A stretch of DNA of 64,000 bases, taken from Thermoplasmata archaeon (GTDB taxonomy: Archaea; Thermoplasmatota; Thermoplasmata; UBA10834; DTMW01). Below the pieces are notes generated by a model. That model made no database searches, was not told where the DNA came from, and was given only the letters and a program-made list of their open reading frames with translations. Positions 40,089 to 49,547 of this stretch are shown one piece after another (the first letter of the stretch is position 1; every line of letters starts with the position of its first letter). The position numbers and the translations under genes were made by a program. The stretch lies in the NCBI GenBank assembly GCA_038852105.1, contig JAWCKK010000002.1:42621-106620 (forward strand), given 5' to 3'.

Positions 40089-40565
40089 TCAGAATCTGTC
40101 CCTGTCGTCTCTCTGAGGCCCTGAGCCGCCGCCGTAACTCCTTCTCCGTCCGCCTCCGCCGCGCCGCCTCGGTGGCCTGTCAGGCAGGTCGTGCTCGGCC
40201 GCGCTCAAATTGACCTCTTCGTTGACGCTCGAGACGCCTTCCGAGAGCTTCTCCAGCTTGCCGTACTTTCCGATATTCAGTCGGATGTGCCCCTTCCCGG
40301 GGTTCTCCTTGCTCTTGACGAACGAGACGTAGCCGTTTTCCATCTTTATTATGTCGTCCTTCGCCAGCTGGTTTATCTGGTCCTCCCAAAGTGACAGAAT
40401 GACGGTTCCGGTCTCGTCGCCGATGACCGCGTCCGCGACCTTTCGGCTCGGACCGAACCTCGATGGTATCTCTCTGGGTTCACCTATGCTCACAACTTTC
40501 GCCAATATGTTTATCTGCTTGCTCGAGGGTGTAATCTCCTCGATTTTCATCATGCCGTCGGTCAT
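40089..40565 (-). CDS. Single OB-fold single-stranded DNA-binding protein (SSB/RPA) with an Arg/Gly-rich tail
   Basis: KVVSIGEPR...VADAVIGDETGTVILSLW...I...NGYVSF....G.IRLNIGKYG; tail RPPRRRGGGGRRRSYGGG. Start MTDG or MMKI. Confidence 0.88.
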   Translation of the reverse strand: MTDGMMKIEEITPSSKQINILAKVVSIGEPREIPSRFGPSRKVADAVIGDETGTVILSLWEDQINQLAKDDIIKMENGYVSFVKSKENPGKGHIRLNIGKYGKLEKLSEGVSSVNEEVNLSAAEHDLPDRPPRRRGGGGRRRSYGGGSGPQRDDRDRF

Positions 40566-40749
40566 GCCAAACTCTTCCTGTTGTCTTTGATTCCCCAGAT
40601 ACGAATCCGGGTATCCCGAGAAAAACGATTGGCGATATATATACTGTGGCACGTGTCGGATTACTAGAATCGTCGAAAATATTGCAAATTGCGCGTTGTT
40701 TGATGAATGAATTAAAGAGGATGATTGATTATGTTAAGGTCGATAGGAA

Positions 40750-41187
40750 ATGCAGATCAAAGGTTTCGATGTAAGTTCGGTGGATGCGAAGCGGTTCACC
40801 AAACCTGGCGAAAAGGTGCAGAATCTCAGGATAGACAATAACAGCACGGTGACATCCATCACTCTGATGGGAGAATCCCAGGCGACAGTGGAATTCAGGT
40901 TCACGGCGAATTATGCAGGCGTGGGCATCATACGTCTCGAAGGCAGATTGCTGCTCGAGGGAGAGGCGAAGCAGCTCTACGAAATGTGGTCGAAGACGAA
41001 CAATATGCCTCCGGAAGTTGCGAACCTTGTGCACGGCGCGGTCATAACCAACTGTATGCCGATAGCCGTGGTGGTCTCTAAGGACATCGGCCTGCCTCCG
41101 CCTCTCCCGCCGATTCAGCCGTTGCAGGCGCCTCAGAAAAGGCCGGATGCGAAGGATTCGAGACGCAATTCTCCCGAGATAATCTGA
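40750..41187 (+). CDS. Conserved hypothetical protein, possibly SecB-like fold
   Basis: Alternating beta strands (VEFRFTANY, IIRLEGRLLL), then a helix (NLVHGAVITNC...VVSKDIG) and a poly-Pro LPPPLPP motif reminiscent of the SecB C-terminus. Confidence 0.55.
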   Translation: MQIKGFDVSSVDAKRFTKPGEKVQNLRIDNNSTVTSITLMGESQATVEFRFTANYAGVGIIRLEGRLLLEGEAKQLYEMWSKTNNMPPEVANLVHGAVITNCMPIAVVVSKDIGLPPPLPPIQPLQAPQKRPDAKDSRRNSPEII

Positions 41188-41227
41188 GAAGCGAGTATTC
41201 TGAGATTTTCTTCCGGTTCCGTCCGGT

Positions 41228-43510
41228 TCATCTTATATGATCGAGGGCGAATGAGCCGATGTTGACGCCGCTCTTCGATGAGGTGTATCTTATCCAGGCT
41301 CTCGATTGCACGTCTCCGATGCCCTTCACGGACAGGAACGTGTTCAGGTTTTCGACCTTGAACTCTATCATGCCGTCCATCAACGAACCCACCATCTGTA
41401 TCTCTTGTTCGCCGTGCATCCCCTTCTCGATAAGATACATGCTGACCGCCTTGTCCCGCTTTCTCCTGCCTGCTATCGGGTTCAGGAACCTAAAGGCGGT
41501 CGCGGGGTCTAGATAGGCTATCATGGTGGAAACGGATCTGAAGACGAACCTGTAGTACTTGTGCTTCTTCATCAGCTCCTTCGCGACAGCTTCGATGGCG
41601 TTCTGTATTCCTTGGAAATCGGTCGGTGACTCGATGTAGGTCACGTTGGGGTCGTTGGCCTGGTCTCCCATGCTCCGCGAGTACGAATCGATGAATCTCA
41701 CGAGCCCGAGCTTCTCGTACTCCTCGAACCCGCTTATGACGAAGTTCATCTCCTCCCTGATTTCCGACGGGGTCTTCTCGGTCGTGACCCAGATCACGGG
41801 CACGCCTTTGGAGATTCCCTCGGCGACGAAGCAGTCCACGAGGACCTCCTTGCCCATGAACGGCGGGCCGTATATCAGGACATTGGACCCGAACGGCAGG
41901 CCGCCCATCAGCAGATCGTCCAATCTCGCCGTGCCGGTCTTGACCTTCTCGATCTTGAACTCTAATGCCCTTTCCTCCTCCCTCTTCTCGATCTCCTTGC
42001 CGATGACTCCCTGCTCCCTCAGCTTCAGCTCCTCTTCCTTCGCCCTGATGAACTTCTCCTTCGCCTTGATTTCCTCTTCCTTTCTCGTGATTTCCGCCTG
42101 GAGCTGTTCAAGCCTCTTCTTGAGCTCGATCTCAGTTTGCGAACCCATCTCGGCCTTCTGCTGCTGGAGTCTCTTGATCTCCTCCTCGAGCAGCTTCTCC
42201 CTGTGCAAGAGGTCCTCTTCCCTTCGGAGCAGTTCGTCCTCCTTATATCTCATCGGCTCCTTCAGGGCGTTCATCTCGTCCTCTTTGGCCTGCAGCTTGT
42301 CCCTTAGCATGATCACTTCTTCGTTCCTGAGGGCGAGCTCGCGCTCAAGGCGTTGCATGTCCGCGAGCCGTTGCTTCAGAGCCTCGGTCAGCCCAGCTCC
42401 GCCAGATTTCTGCATCAATAGCTGGAGCTCGTCGTTCTTCTGTTTCAAGGAAAGCTCCAATTCCTTGTTCCTGAGGGTCAACCGCTCGACATCGCTTTTC
42501 AGGCTCGCTTCGCGCTTCTCGAATTCCGATATCCTGTCCTGCAGCTCCGCCGTGAACCTTTCTCTCATCTCGGTCCTCGTATCGGTCTCCTCGCAGGCCA
42601 GCTCTTTTTCCTTCTTTTCCAGGAACTTCTTCATCTCCTCCAGTGCGAGCTCCTTCTCTTCCAGCTCGACCTGCATCCTCTTCAGTTCCTGTTCGTCGGC
42701 GGGCAGGGTAAGCAGTCCCTTCTCGACCTTGTCCTTGTATATCTCCAGCGAGGATTTCAGTTGGAGATTCTCAATCTCGAGCTGCTCCCTCGCGGCCATC
42801 TCCTTGGAGAGCCTGTCCGCAATCTCTCCGGCCTCGATGTTCTCACTGCCATAGACAGATTTGAAATACTTCGCAATCGCCGTCGAGCTCTTTCTTACGC
42901 TTTCCAATTCCTCTTTCAGCCTACTGTTCTCGGACTTCAGCATCTCTACCGTAGACAATATCTCGTTCATCCTGTTGGCAACGATGTCTATCGGTAACTT
43001 TCCGGCCTTGAAATCATCGACGAGTGCCCTGAGATTCTCCTTCGCCTTCTCGAGCTCCTCGCGTTCTATCTCCGACGGGATCAATACCTCCTCGCCGGGG
43101 ATCGCTTCCGCTCCCGGTTCCGCCGTCAGCCAGGAAGCGATATCTACCACTTTTCCTTTCAGCCAATCTTCGATGACTCTCGAACTGTCGTCTGTTTCGT
43201 CCTGCGCTTCGGAACTCACCTCGGCGCCGGCAGTCGACTCCCTGCTCCAGGTAAAGTCCTTCGACTCCCCCATAAGCCATTTCGCAATGTCCTCTTGATC
43301 GTCATATTTTGCTTTCTCCCCGAGGAGCTCCTGAGCGATCGTCTCCGCCTTTTCGTCAGCGTCCATAGGTTGGCCTGCTTCTGCCTTCTCTCGAGCGCAG
43401 TGAGGGCATTCCTCCTTATCGGAGGAATATTTCTTCCCGCACTCCTTGCAGGTGACCATCTTCTTTTTCGCCGGGGGAGACAAGTCAGAATCACCATACT
43501 TCGAATTCAC
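41228..43510 (-). CDS. Zinc ribbon + acidic region + long coiled coil + C-terminal degenerate KaiC/RAD55-like ATPase domain
   Basis: CKEC-x10-CPHC; about 330 aa of heptads; KTGTARLDDLLMGGLP, Walker A variant GPPFMGKE, FIDSYS, MDGMIEF, SFALDHIR. Confidence 0.88.
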   Translation of the reverse strand: MNSKYGDSDLSPPAKKKMVTCKECGKKYSSDKEECPHCAREKAEAGQPMDADEKAETIAQELLGEKAKYDDQEDIAKWLMGESKDFTWSRESTAGAEVSSEAQDETDDSSRVIEDWLKGKVVDIASWLTAEPGAEAIPGEEVLIPSEIEREELEKAKENLRALVDDFKAGKLPIDIVANRMNEILSTVEMLKSENSRLKEELESVRKSSTAIAKYFKSVYGSENIEAGEIADRLSKEMAAREQLEIENLQLKSSLEIYKDKVEKGLLTLPADEQELKRMQVELEEKELALEEMKKFLEKKEKELACEETDTRTEMRERFTAELQDRISEFEKREASLKSDVERLTLRNKELELSLKQKNDELQLLMQKSGGAGLTEALKQRLADMQRLERELALRNEEVIMLRDKLQAKEDEMNALKEPMRYKEDELLRREEDLLHREKLLEEEIKRLQQQKAEMGSQTEIELKKRLEQLQAEITRKEEEIKAKEKFIRAKEEELKLREQGVIGKEIEKREEERALEFKIEKVKTGTARLDDLLMGGLPFGSNVLIYGPPFMGKEVLVDCFVAEGISKGVPVIWVTTEKTPSEIREEMNFVISGFEEYEKLGLVRFIDSYSRSMGDQANDPNVTYIESPTDFQGIQNAIEAVAKELMKKHKYYRFVFRSVSTMIAYLDPATAFRFLNPIAGRRKRDKAVSMYLIEKGMHGEQEIQMVGSLMDGMIEFKVENLNTFLSVKGIGDVQSRAWIRYTSSKSGVNIGSFALDHIR

Positions 43511-43775
43511 GATTGTTTAGCACACCCGTTGATTGCCTCGCTTCTCGTGTCATCAGTTCGATGCGCCTGGTTGTAACGGGTACTTAATTATCTTTCGCTC
43601 TTATATTTGGTTTTATCCTCCTCGTCATCGGCGAGATTCCCACACAAAAAACGGTCCAAGACAGGTACACTGGCATGCTCGATTGACGCCCGAAACGTAC
43701 GCGAAATCCGGGCAATAACATTCAAGTATGTAGTGTCCCAATAACAAATCACGGGACTGGCACGGGAGTAAGGTC

Positions 43776-43955
43776 ATGCAGAAGAAGATTCATATTGTCC
43801 TCGATAAGACGACCGATATGAGTCTGTCGGAGGTTCTGGAGAAGATCAGGAAACTGCAGGAGCAGAATCCCGACCTTGATGTCTTCTTTGACGGGGACGA
43901 ATATGCGATATGCAGCCGTCCGAGGAAACATCGCTCAGAAAAGAAATCCTCATGA
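43776..43955 (+). CDS. Small hypothetical protein (59 aa, below the ORF-track cutoff)
   Basis: MQKKIHIVLDKTTDMSLSEVLEKIRKLQEQNPDLDVFFDGDEYAICSRPRKHRSEKKSS; GGAG/AGGT RBS upstream; beta-alpha-beta-like pattern. Confidence 0.75.
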   Translation: MQKKIHIVLDKTTDMSLSEVLEKIRKLQEQNPDLDVFFDGDEYAICSRPRKHRSEKKSS

Positions 43956-44208
43956 ATCCTACATCCTTTTGAAAATCGTGCACAATTAATTGCAAACTGC
44001 ATTCCTTTTTTCTCCTCAGGAGGAGTGAAATCGATTCGATTGTCTGCGATGCCAGGATAGTAATGCTTATAATCTTGCAGCCCATAATATTAGAAAGACA
44101 GTCTCAGAAAATGGTAGAGAGGACGGGCACGGAGTTTGCACCTTCGGGATGAAAGTCTTCAATGCCTATCGACTGAGATGGAAATAATAGAAATGTAGAG
44201 GAATAAGA

Positions 44209-44430
44209 ATGGTAAACCTGGATAAATACTATACAGAAACGACGCCGAGCAGCGTGACTGTCTGGGTAGGTACCGTGGAAGAAGGGCACGAGCTCGTGAA
44301 GCAATTCAAGAAGGAATGGGGACATATCTTCTGGGAAATAGTTCAAAGAGAGAACTCCGAGGGAGAAAAGGAGACTACTCTGTACGTTCTGAAGCTGTCC
44401 GATCTCAGCCGCGCGGCGGTCGGTAGCTAA
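44209..44430 (+). CDS. Small hypothetical protein (73 aa)
   Basis: GAGGA RBS upstream; protein-like alpha/beta pattern; followed by a hairpin. Confidence 0.6.
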   Translation: MVNLDKYYTETTPSSVTVWVGTVEEGHELVKQFKKEWGHIFWEIVQRENSEGEKETTLYVLKLSDLSRAAVGS

Positions 44431-44470
44431 GGAATGCATCCTTGATTGCATAGTCAGCATCAGAAACCCC

Positions 44471-44495
44471 GACGGCAGAGCCCAAGTCTGCCGTC
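44471..44495 (+). terminator. Perfect 9-bp hairpin after the 73-aa ORF
   Basis: GACGGCAGA-GCCCAAG-TCTGCCGTC. Confidence 0.4.
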
Positions 44496-44580
44496 CGATT
44501 CTAATCCATCATTTTTCCAGAGCAGGCAATGAAAGAAACCCGCCAAATCGTTAATACTCCGAAATTTATTCGTAAGACGG

Positions 44581-45576
44581 ATGAGAACGGCTTCTCGTGT
44601 CGTTGGCCAGAAAAGCGATGATTTCGCGGAAGATTCCGAGGCGAAAAGACGCTATCCGTTGCGCGCAACGATGTTCGTTGCTGCTATGATCATGCTGTCG
44701 TTTTTCAGCTATTGGAATGTCTTCGTGCTTCCGATGGGATCGTGCAGCGTTTCCTCACTTCTCGACGATTCTTCATCTCTCTATGGCCTCAGATTGCATG
44801 TCTACGGCGTGATGGGCAATGCGAGCGCGTCCGGGTTCGAAATCACGGACATCGACACCAGGGAGCGCATGTACGTCGTTTGGGTTCAGGGTGGCGACAT
44901 CCCTTATGCTGGCACCGAAATCAAGGTCTTTGGTCAGCTTGTCCAGAGCTCCATCGGGCCGGCATTTCTTGCGGACAGCATTTCGGTGAGGAGCGCACAG
45001 GATCAAGTCCTCACAAGCGCATGGTCCATTTCCGTATTTCGCCTCTTTATAATATTTTTCATCTGTTTCATTGTCATGATCGCCCTTTCCTGTCTATCTG
45101 TCCTCGTGGCCAGAGTCGGCAAAGGATTTGAGAGGATGAGCGTTTCGCGCGCCTTGAGCGAAAGCTCCTCGATTACAGGACTTGTATCTCTGTTCCTCTT
45201 TGTCCTTCTGGCATTTTCGGAGCAACTCGCCCTTGGGATTTCTTCGATATTTCTCCTTTTATCGCCGATAATCATGTTGTCTTCAGTCACTGTGAGGAGG
45301 ACAAGAAATAGCAGGTTATCGCTGTTCTCCGATGCGATGCCTCTGATAGCCGGCGTTTCTATTATCATATGGATGTTGACAAGCGTAATCCAGGCGAAGA
45401 TGCTCGTATTCGATTCCGTATCATCATTGATCGGGGATATCGTGTCAGTTTCAACCGATTCTATCATTTTCGGAGTGATAGGTCTTATTGCCTTGAGCCT
45501 TTTTATGGCATTTATAAGAGTTGACATCGAGAATGTTGCGAACCTTATTAGAAGAATAGAACCAGGGGTGAAATGA
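44581..45576 (+). CDS. Membrane protein with an extracytoplasmic OB-fold-like domain and ~5 further TM helices
   Basis: N-terminal TM, beta-rich segment (LHVYGV...FEITD...YVVW...GTEIKVFGQL...FLADSI), then several hydrophobic helices. Confidence 0.65.
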   Translation: MRTASRVVGQKSDDFAEDSEAKRRYPLRATMFVAAMIMLSFFSYWNVFVLPMGSCSVSSLLDDSSSLYGLRLHVYGVMGNASASGFEITDIDTRERMYVVWVQGGDIPYAGTEIKVFGQLVQSSIGPAFLADSISVRSAQDQVLTSAWSISVFRLFIIFFICFIVMIALSCLSVLVARVGKGFERMSVSRALSESSSITGLVSLFLFVLLAFSEQLALGISSIFLLLSPIIMLSSVTVRRTRNSRLSLFSDAMPLIAGVSIIIWMLTSVIQAKMLVFDSVSSLIGDIVSVSTDSIIFGVIGLIALSLFMAFIRVDIENVANLIRRIEPGVK

Positions 45577-45745
45577 GGTGGGGATCGAACTATTATTCAT
45601 CGCGATGCTTTTGATTTGGGGAACGATCATGCTCTATCTGATTTATCTGCATGTTCGTCAGCGGAGACTGATCAGGGAGATCTCGCGATTATCACGTCTC
45701 ATCGAGTCTGCAAAGAAGAATCGTTAGGTCGAGCATTAGGCGTTC

Positions 45746-47638
45746 CTAATGCCGTTCTCTCTTTCGGCCTAAACGGAGCAATTCTATCAATGCGAAAGCC
45801 AGCAGAAATGCCATGGATATCGCGGTCAGGAACATAATCATCGGAGAGAGGCTTGGCTCGGCAAAGAGGTGCACTTCCGCGGTGGCTCCGTCGAGCACAA
45901 GAAGACCGCTCGCTATCACCGTCGAGTTCCTGCAGAGTTCTACAAGGAGCCTGTCACCGATTATGTTGGGATCCGGCACGGCGAGTTTCATGGCGACATC
46001 ATGCTGTTCCACCTGATGCAATGTTGTCTCTCCGGTTCTCAAGTTCATTACTTTCAGCTGAGTCCCGAGTATGTCTACGGTCGCCGGGATGCGAATCACT
46101 ATCGACATCAGTCTCGCGACTATCCTTTCCTCGAAGCCTTCCCATATCAGATATCTGCTGCTGACGTCCCTGCCGTAGGCGAATATGTCGTAAAATCCCG
46201 CTTCGAGGATGTCGATAACGACCCTCTCGTCAGAGTCATTCACAGTCAGCTCCATGCTCGGTTTGACCGCTCCCGAAGGATATATCTCAAATTCCCAGTC
46301 CAAGATTTCCGCAGTATCGTTCCAATCGAACTCGAAGGAATCGTTCAGGCCGTCTTCGTATCTGAGATCTCTGGAGACTAGATGCATATCCGATGCCGGG
46401 GATTGGTCCGAACTCGCGGACATTACGACCGCGAGGAAGTCGCTCCAACATTCCGCCGCGATGCCCGTTTCTCTATAAGCGGTTAGAGATACTGGCACGC
46501 TGGGGTAATATATCGTAAGGCCTCTCAAAGATCCCGAGCTTATCAACCCCGTATCGGCGGTCGAGATGTACACTCTGTTCCGTTGCACGGAATCAGACAA
46601 TACGTCTCTCATCGCAGCCGCATACCTCGCCAATTTCGGCGGGGTATCGTCGCTCTCAACGATTCTTGACAGATAATCTATGGCATCGATAGAGCCTGTC
46701 GCAGCATCCCTCGCGCTAGCATCCCTCGTCTCGTTGAAAAGATCTCTGCATATCGGGTCGAATAATCGAGCGATTTCTGAGAATTCCCTCGTCGTTTCAA
46801 GAGAAGCCCCTAGCTTTCCGAGGTCAATTACCGCTGCCTGAGAGGTCGTATCGGTCATCAAGCTCCCGACCTTGACGTATTCGTCGGCGAAGGAGAACGC
46901 GATATCGGAAACGCTCATCGGCAAGTTCGAAGAGATCCTCTCGAATATCTCATCGTAAGGGAAGCCGCTGCCAGGGACTGCGATTTCCGAGGTCACAGCC
47001 AAGGTAGCCAAGCCCGAGAGCTCCGATAGGAATTCGATGGATCCCATGCTGCAGGAATCGAAAACTATCAAGTCGAGCGGGACTCCGAGCTCTTCGTCTA
47101 TTTCTCGTAGCGCCTGGGACAACTCAGAGCAGCTGAGGTAATCCGATTTGTCGATTGCAACGCCTGCCCAGCCCGCGCCGTGCCCCCAAATCACGAGCCC
47201 TATCATTCCTCCCTGATAATGATGCTCTATGCAGTAGCGCGCGAAATCAGAAAGCGTTGCGGGATTCCCCATGTTAGCTTCTCGGTCAGGGGTCAGGAAA
47301 GGCGGATCCTGTATCTCCGTCGAGACGATCTGATCGGAATTCGACCTGTCCTCCTTGACCAGATAGAGTCTTGTGTCTCCATTTCCCTCTGCATCTATTA
47401 GAGCGAGTATCGTCAGATTATTGTTAATCAATCCCTTCTCCATCTCGTTCAAGTCGTCTGACCAGTTGAGCGGAGCGCCCGGGACATCGGCGCTCATATA
47501 CATCATCAATAATAGATTGTCTTCGTTCGATGAGCGTATCGCCGAGAGGCTTTCGGCATTCGCAGATAACGCGGCCTGAGGGATGAGCGCGACCGAGACT
47601 AGCGCGGCGATAACAATCGCTTTCAGCTGTGTTAACAT
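45746..47638 (-). CDS. Clostripain-family (C11) cysteine peptidase, secreted and C-terminally membrane-anchored
   Basis: Signal peptide; MYMSAD, DLNEME, EANMGNPATL..F, LVIWGHGAGW (catalytic His), IVFDSCSMG (catalytic Cys), SE..VPG.GFPYD; C-terminal TM plus basic tail. Confidence 0.85.
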   Translation of the reverse strand: MLTQLKAIVIAALVSVALIPQAALSANAESLSAIRSSNEDNLLLMMYMSADVPGAPLNWSDDLNEMEKGLINNNLTILALIDAEGNGDTRLYLVKEDRSNSDQIVSTEIQDPPFLTPDREANMGNPATLSDFARYCIEHHYQGGMIGLVIWGHGAGWAGVAIDKSDYLSCSELSQALREIDEELGVPLDLIVFDSCSMGSIEFLSELSGLATLAVTSEIAVPGSGFPYDEIFERISSNLPMSVSDIAFSFADEYVKVGSLMTDTTSQAAVIDLGKLGASLETTREFSEIARLFDPICRDLFNETRDASARDAATGSIDAIDYLSRIVESDDTPPKLARYAAAMRDVLSDSVQRNRVYISTADTGLISSGSLRGLTIYYPSVPVSLTAYRETGIAAECWSDFLAVVMSASSDQSPASDMHLVSRDLRYEDGLNDSFEFDWNDTAEILDWEFEIYPSGAVKPSMELTVNDSDERVVIDILEAGFYDIFAYGRDVSSRYLIWEGFEERIVARLMSIVIRIPATVDILGTQLKVMNLRTGETTLHQVEQHDVAMKLAVPDPNIIGDRLLVELCRNSTVIASGLLVLDGATAEVHLFAEPSLSPMIMFLTAISMAFLLAFALIELLRLGRKRERH

Positions 47639-47651
47639 GTTATCAGCATCG

Positions 47652-49547
47652 TCACGCTGAGCTTCCCTTTGTCAGGAAGTGATTTTTCCTCAATCTTATA
47701 CCAAAGGATTGCCTTTCCTCGGGATGATCCTTATCTATCGGCAGCAGTCTGATTTCGTTGTTAACGGACTGGAATCTCGCCCTTCCTGTCAGAGCGAGGA
47801 TCGCGACAGAATATCTCAATTGATCGATCTTCATGCCGGATTTCGCCTTCAGCTCATCGACTTTGACCCCCTCGCTGCCGATGCTCCTCAGCAATCTATG
47901 AATGGATTTTGCGGATTCGGACCTATCCCCGTTGTAGGCCTTATGATGCAGCTCTGAGATTATTCCTTTCAAGAATTTCGAGTAATGGTCATCAAATCTG
48001 CTGTGTTTCTCGACTATCGCCTTGACGAGCTTCGAGACATCAAGTCCGAGAATCTTCCATCCCGCAGCCTGCTGGAAATATCCGAGCAGAAGAGCGGTCC
48101 GCTCGTGCGCTTTCTTATATGCCTCATCGTCCGGATATTTTGCAATCAACTCATCGAATTGCCTCATCGCCGATGCGGGCTTGCCGAGCCTTAGGAGCAT
48201 CATGCCAAGGTTGTATCTAGCAGTCGCGAACTGAGGATCTATCTCGATGGCCTTTCTGAAAGCTCTGGCAGCGTCGCCATATCTTTTCGAAGACAGGTGC
48301 GCCACCCCGAGGTTGTTCCAAACCTTCGCATCATCAGGCCTTATCTCTGCGGCGCGAGCGAACGCCGCGAGGGCCTGCTCGAAATATCCTTTCAGAAGGT
48401 ACATGTTCCCGAGGTTGGACCATGTCTCGTAATCGAACGGGTCTATCTGGAGAGCGATATCGTACAGGGTTCTTGCCCTATTGAACTTCCCAATCCTATA
48501 GAATACGTCTCCGTAGATGCTCCATGGCAAACTCACCTTGTTAGAAAAGCCGGATTCCGATAATATCTCCATGGCCCTTTCCCCGTTCTTCAAGGCCTTA
48601 TCGTAATTCTTCGCATCCAGGGCTCGTTTGGCGTTAACGATATGAGCCCACAGCTTTGCGCTTCGATACTCGCTTATGAAATACAGCGACAGAGGTATCA
48701 GCGAGTATACCGCGCCCTCCAATGCCAATGCCTGGTCGTAAATCTCAAAGGAGCCCGACGGAGTTATTCCCACGAGCTCATGGAACGATATCAGAGCTAT
48801 CAGGGTCGCCCCGACGAGCCAGGCCGCCAAGTATCCAGTTCTGTTCTTGACGGCGTTCAGCGCTATCAGGGACATCGTCACGCCGATGACAATCAACATG
48901 CCGTCGAAGACCGTGAATTGGAAAGTCCCTCTGATCCCGCCCCAAATGCCAAACGCCTGATGGACGGGCACCAAGGCGACGATGACGGCACCGGCGCCGT
49001 AGAAGGCGAAGGGAGCTACGTCATCCCTGTCCATATTCCTCGCCGATGCGATTGCCGCTATGACAGACGCGACGATTAGGATCGAGAACAGGATTGCGAG
49101 CTCGGGCGAAGAGGGACCCATGAGTAACAGGAAAAACATCGAGATCGCAGCGGTGCTAGCAGCGCCTACGAATAAGGGGAAATTGGCTATCAATTGTCTC
49201 GATTTCGGGTCACGGGCGCTTCTTCTGAAGATAAGATACAGGCCTGCCAGGACGCACCCGGTAGAAAGGAAGAACACGTACGAGCTGTAAAGATTGAAGC
49301 CGAAATACCAGAGATGTTTGTATGTGAAGAATTCCAGCATAATGCCTGGCAAAGTCAGCAGGTATGCTAGTAGCAGGATGATTGCGGGATTGCCGAGCTC
49401 CATCATCTGTCGTCTGTCGTCTATCTGTTCGTGTCTAAACCCTCCGAACATCGATATCAATCGGACATGCCCATCTTCATGCAATTCGAGATCGAAGGTG
49501 TCGTCTCCAGACATGTGCTTTTTCATGCGATCTTCAGCGTCCGCCAT
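47652..49547 (-). CDS. Multi-pass membrane protein (~8 TM) with cytoplasmic TPR repeats and a C-terminal wHTH-like segment
   Basis: Hydrophobic N-terminal half; TPR consensus WSIYGDVFY...A...Y..AL.IDP, WSNLGN.Y....A...F..A..I.P, WNNLG......A...F.KAI.IDP, YNLG..L. Confidence 0.85.
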   Translation of the reverse strand: MADAEDRMKKHMSGDDTFDLELHEDGHVRLISMFGGFRHEQIDDRRQMMELGNPAIILLLAYLLTLPGIMLEFFTYKHLWYFGFNLYSSYVFFLSTGCVLAGLYLIFRRSARDPKSRQLIANFPLFVGAASTAAISMFFLLLMGPSSPELAILFSILIVASVIAAIASARNMDRDDVAPFAFYGAGAVIVALVPVHQAFGIWGGIRGTFQFTVFDGMLIVIGVTMSLIALNAVKNRTGYLAAWLVGATLIALISFHELVGITPSGSFEIYDQALALEGAVYSLIPLSLYFISEYRSAKLWAHIVNAKRALDAKNYDKALKNGERAMEILSESGFSNKVSLPWSIYGDVFYRIGKFNRARTLYDIALQIDPFDYETWSNLGNMYLLKGYFEQALAAFARAAEIRPDDAKVWNNLGVAHLSSKRYGDAARAFRKAIEIDPQFATARYNLGMMLLRLGKPASAMRQFDELIAKYPDDEAYKKAHERTALLLGYFQQAAGWKILGLDVSKLVKAIVEKHSRFDDHYSKFLKGIISELHHKAYNGDRSESAKSIHRLLRSIGSEGVKVDELKAKSGMKIDQLRYSVAILALTGRARFQSVNNEIRLLPIDKDHPEERQSFGIRLRKNHFLTKGSSA

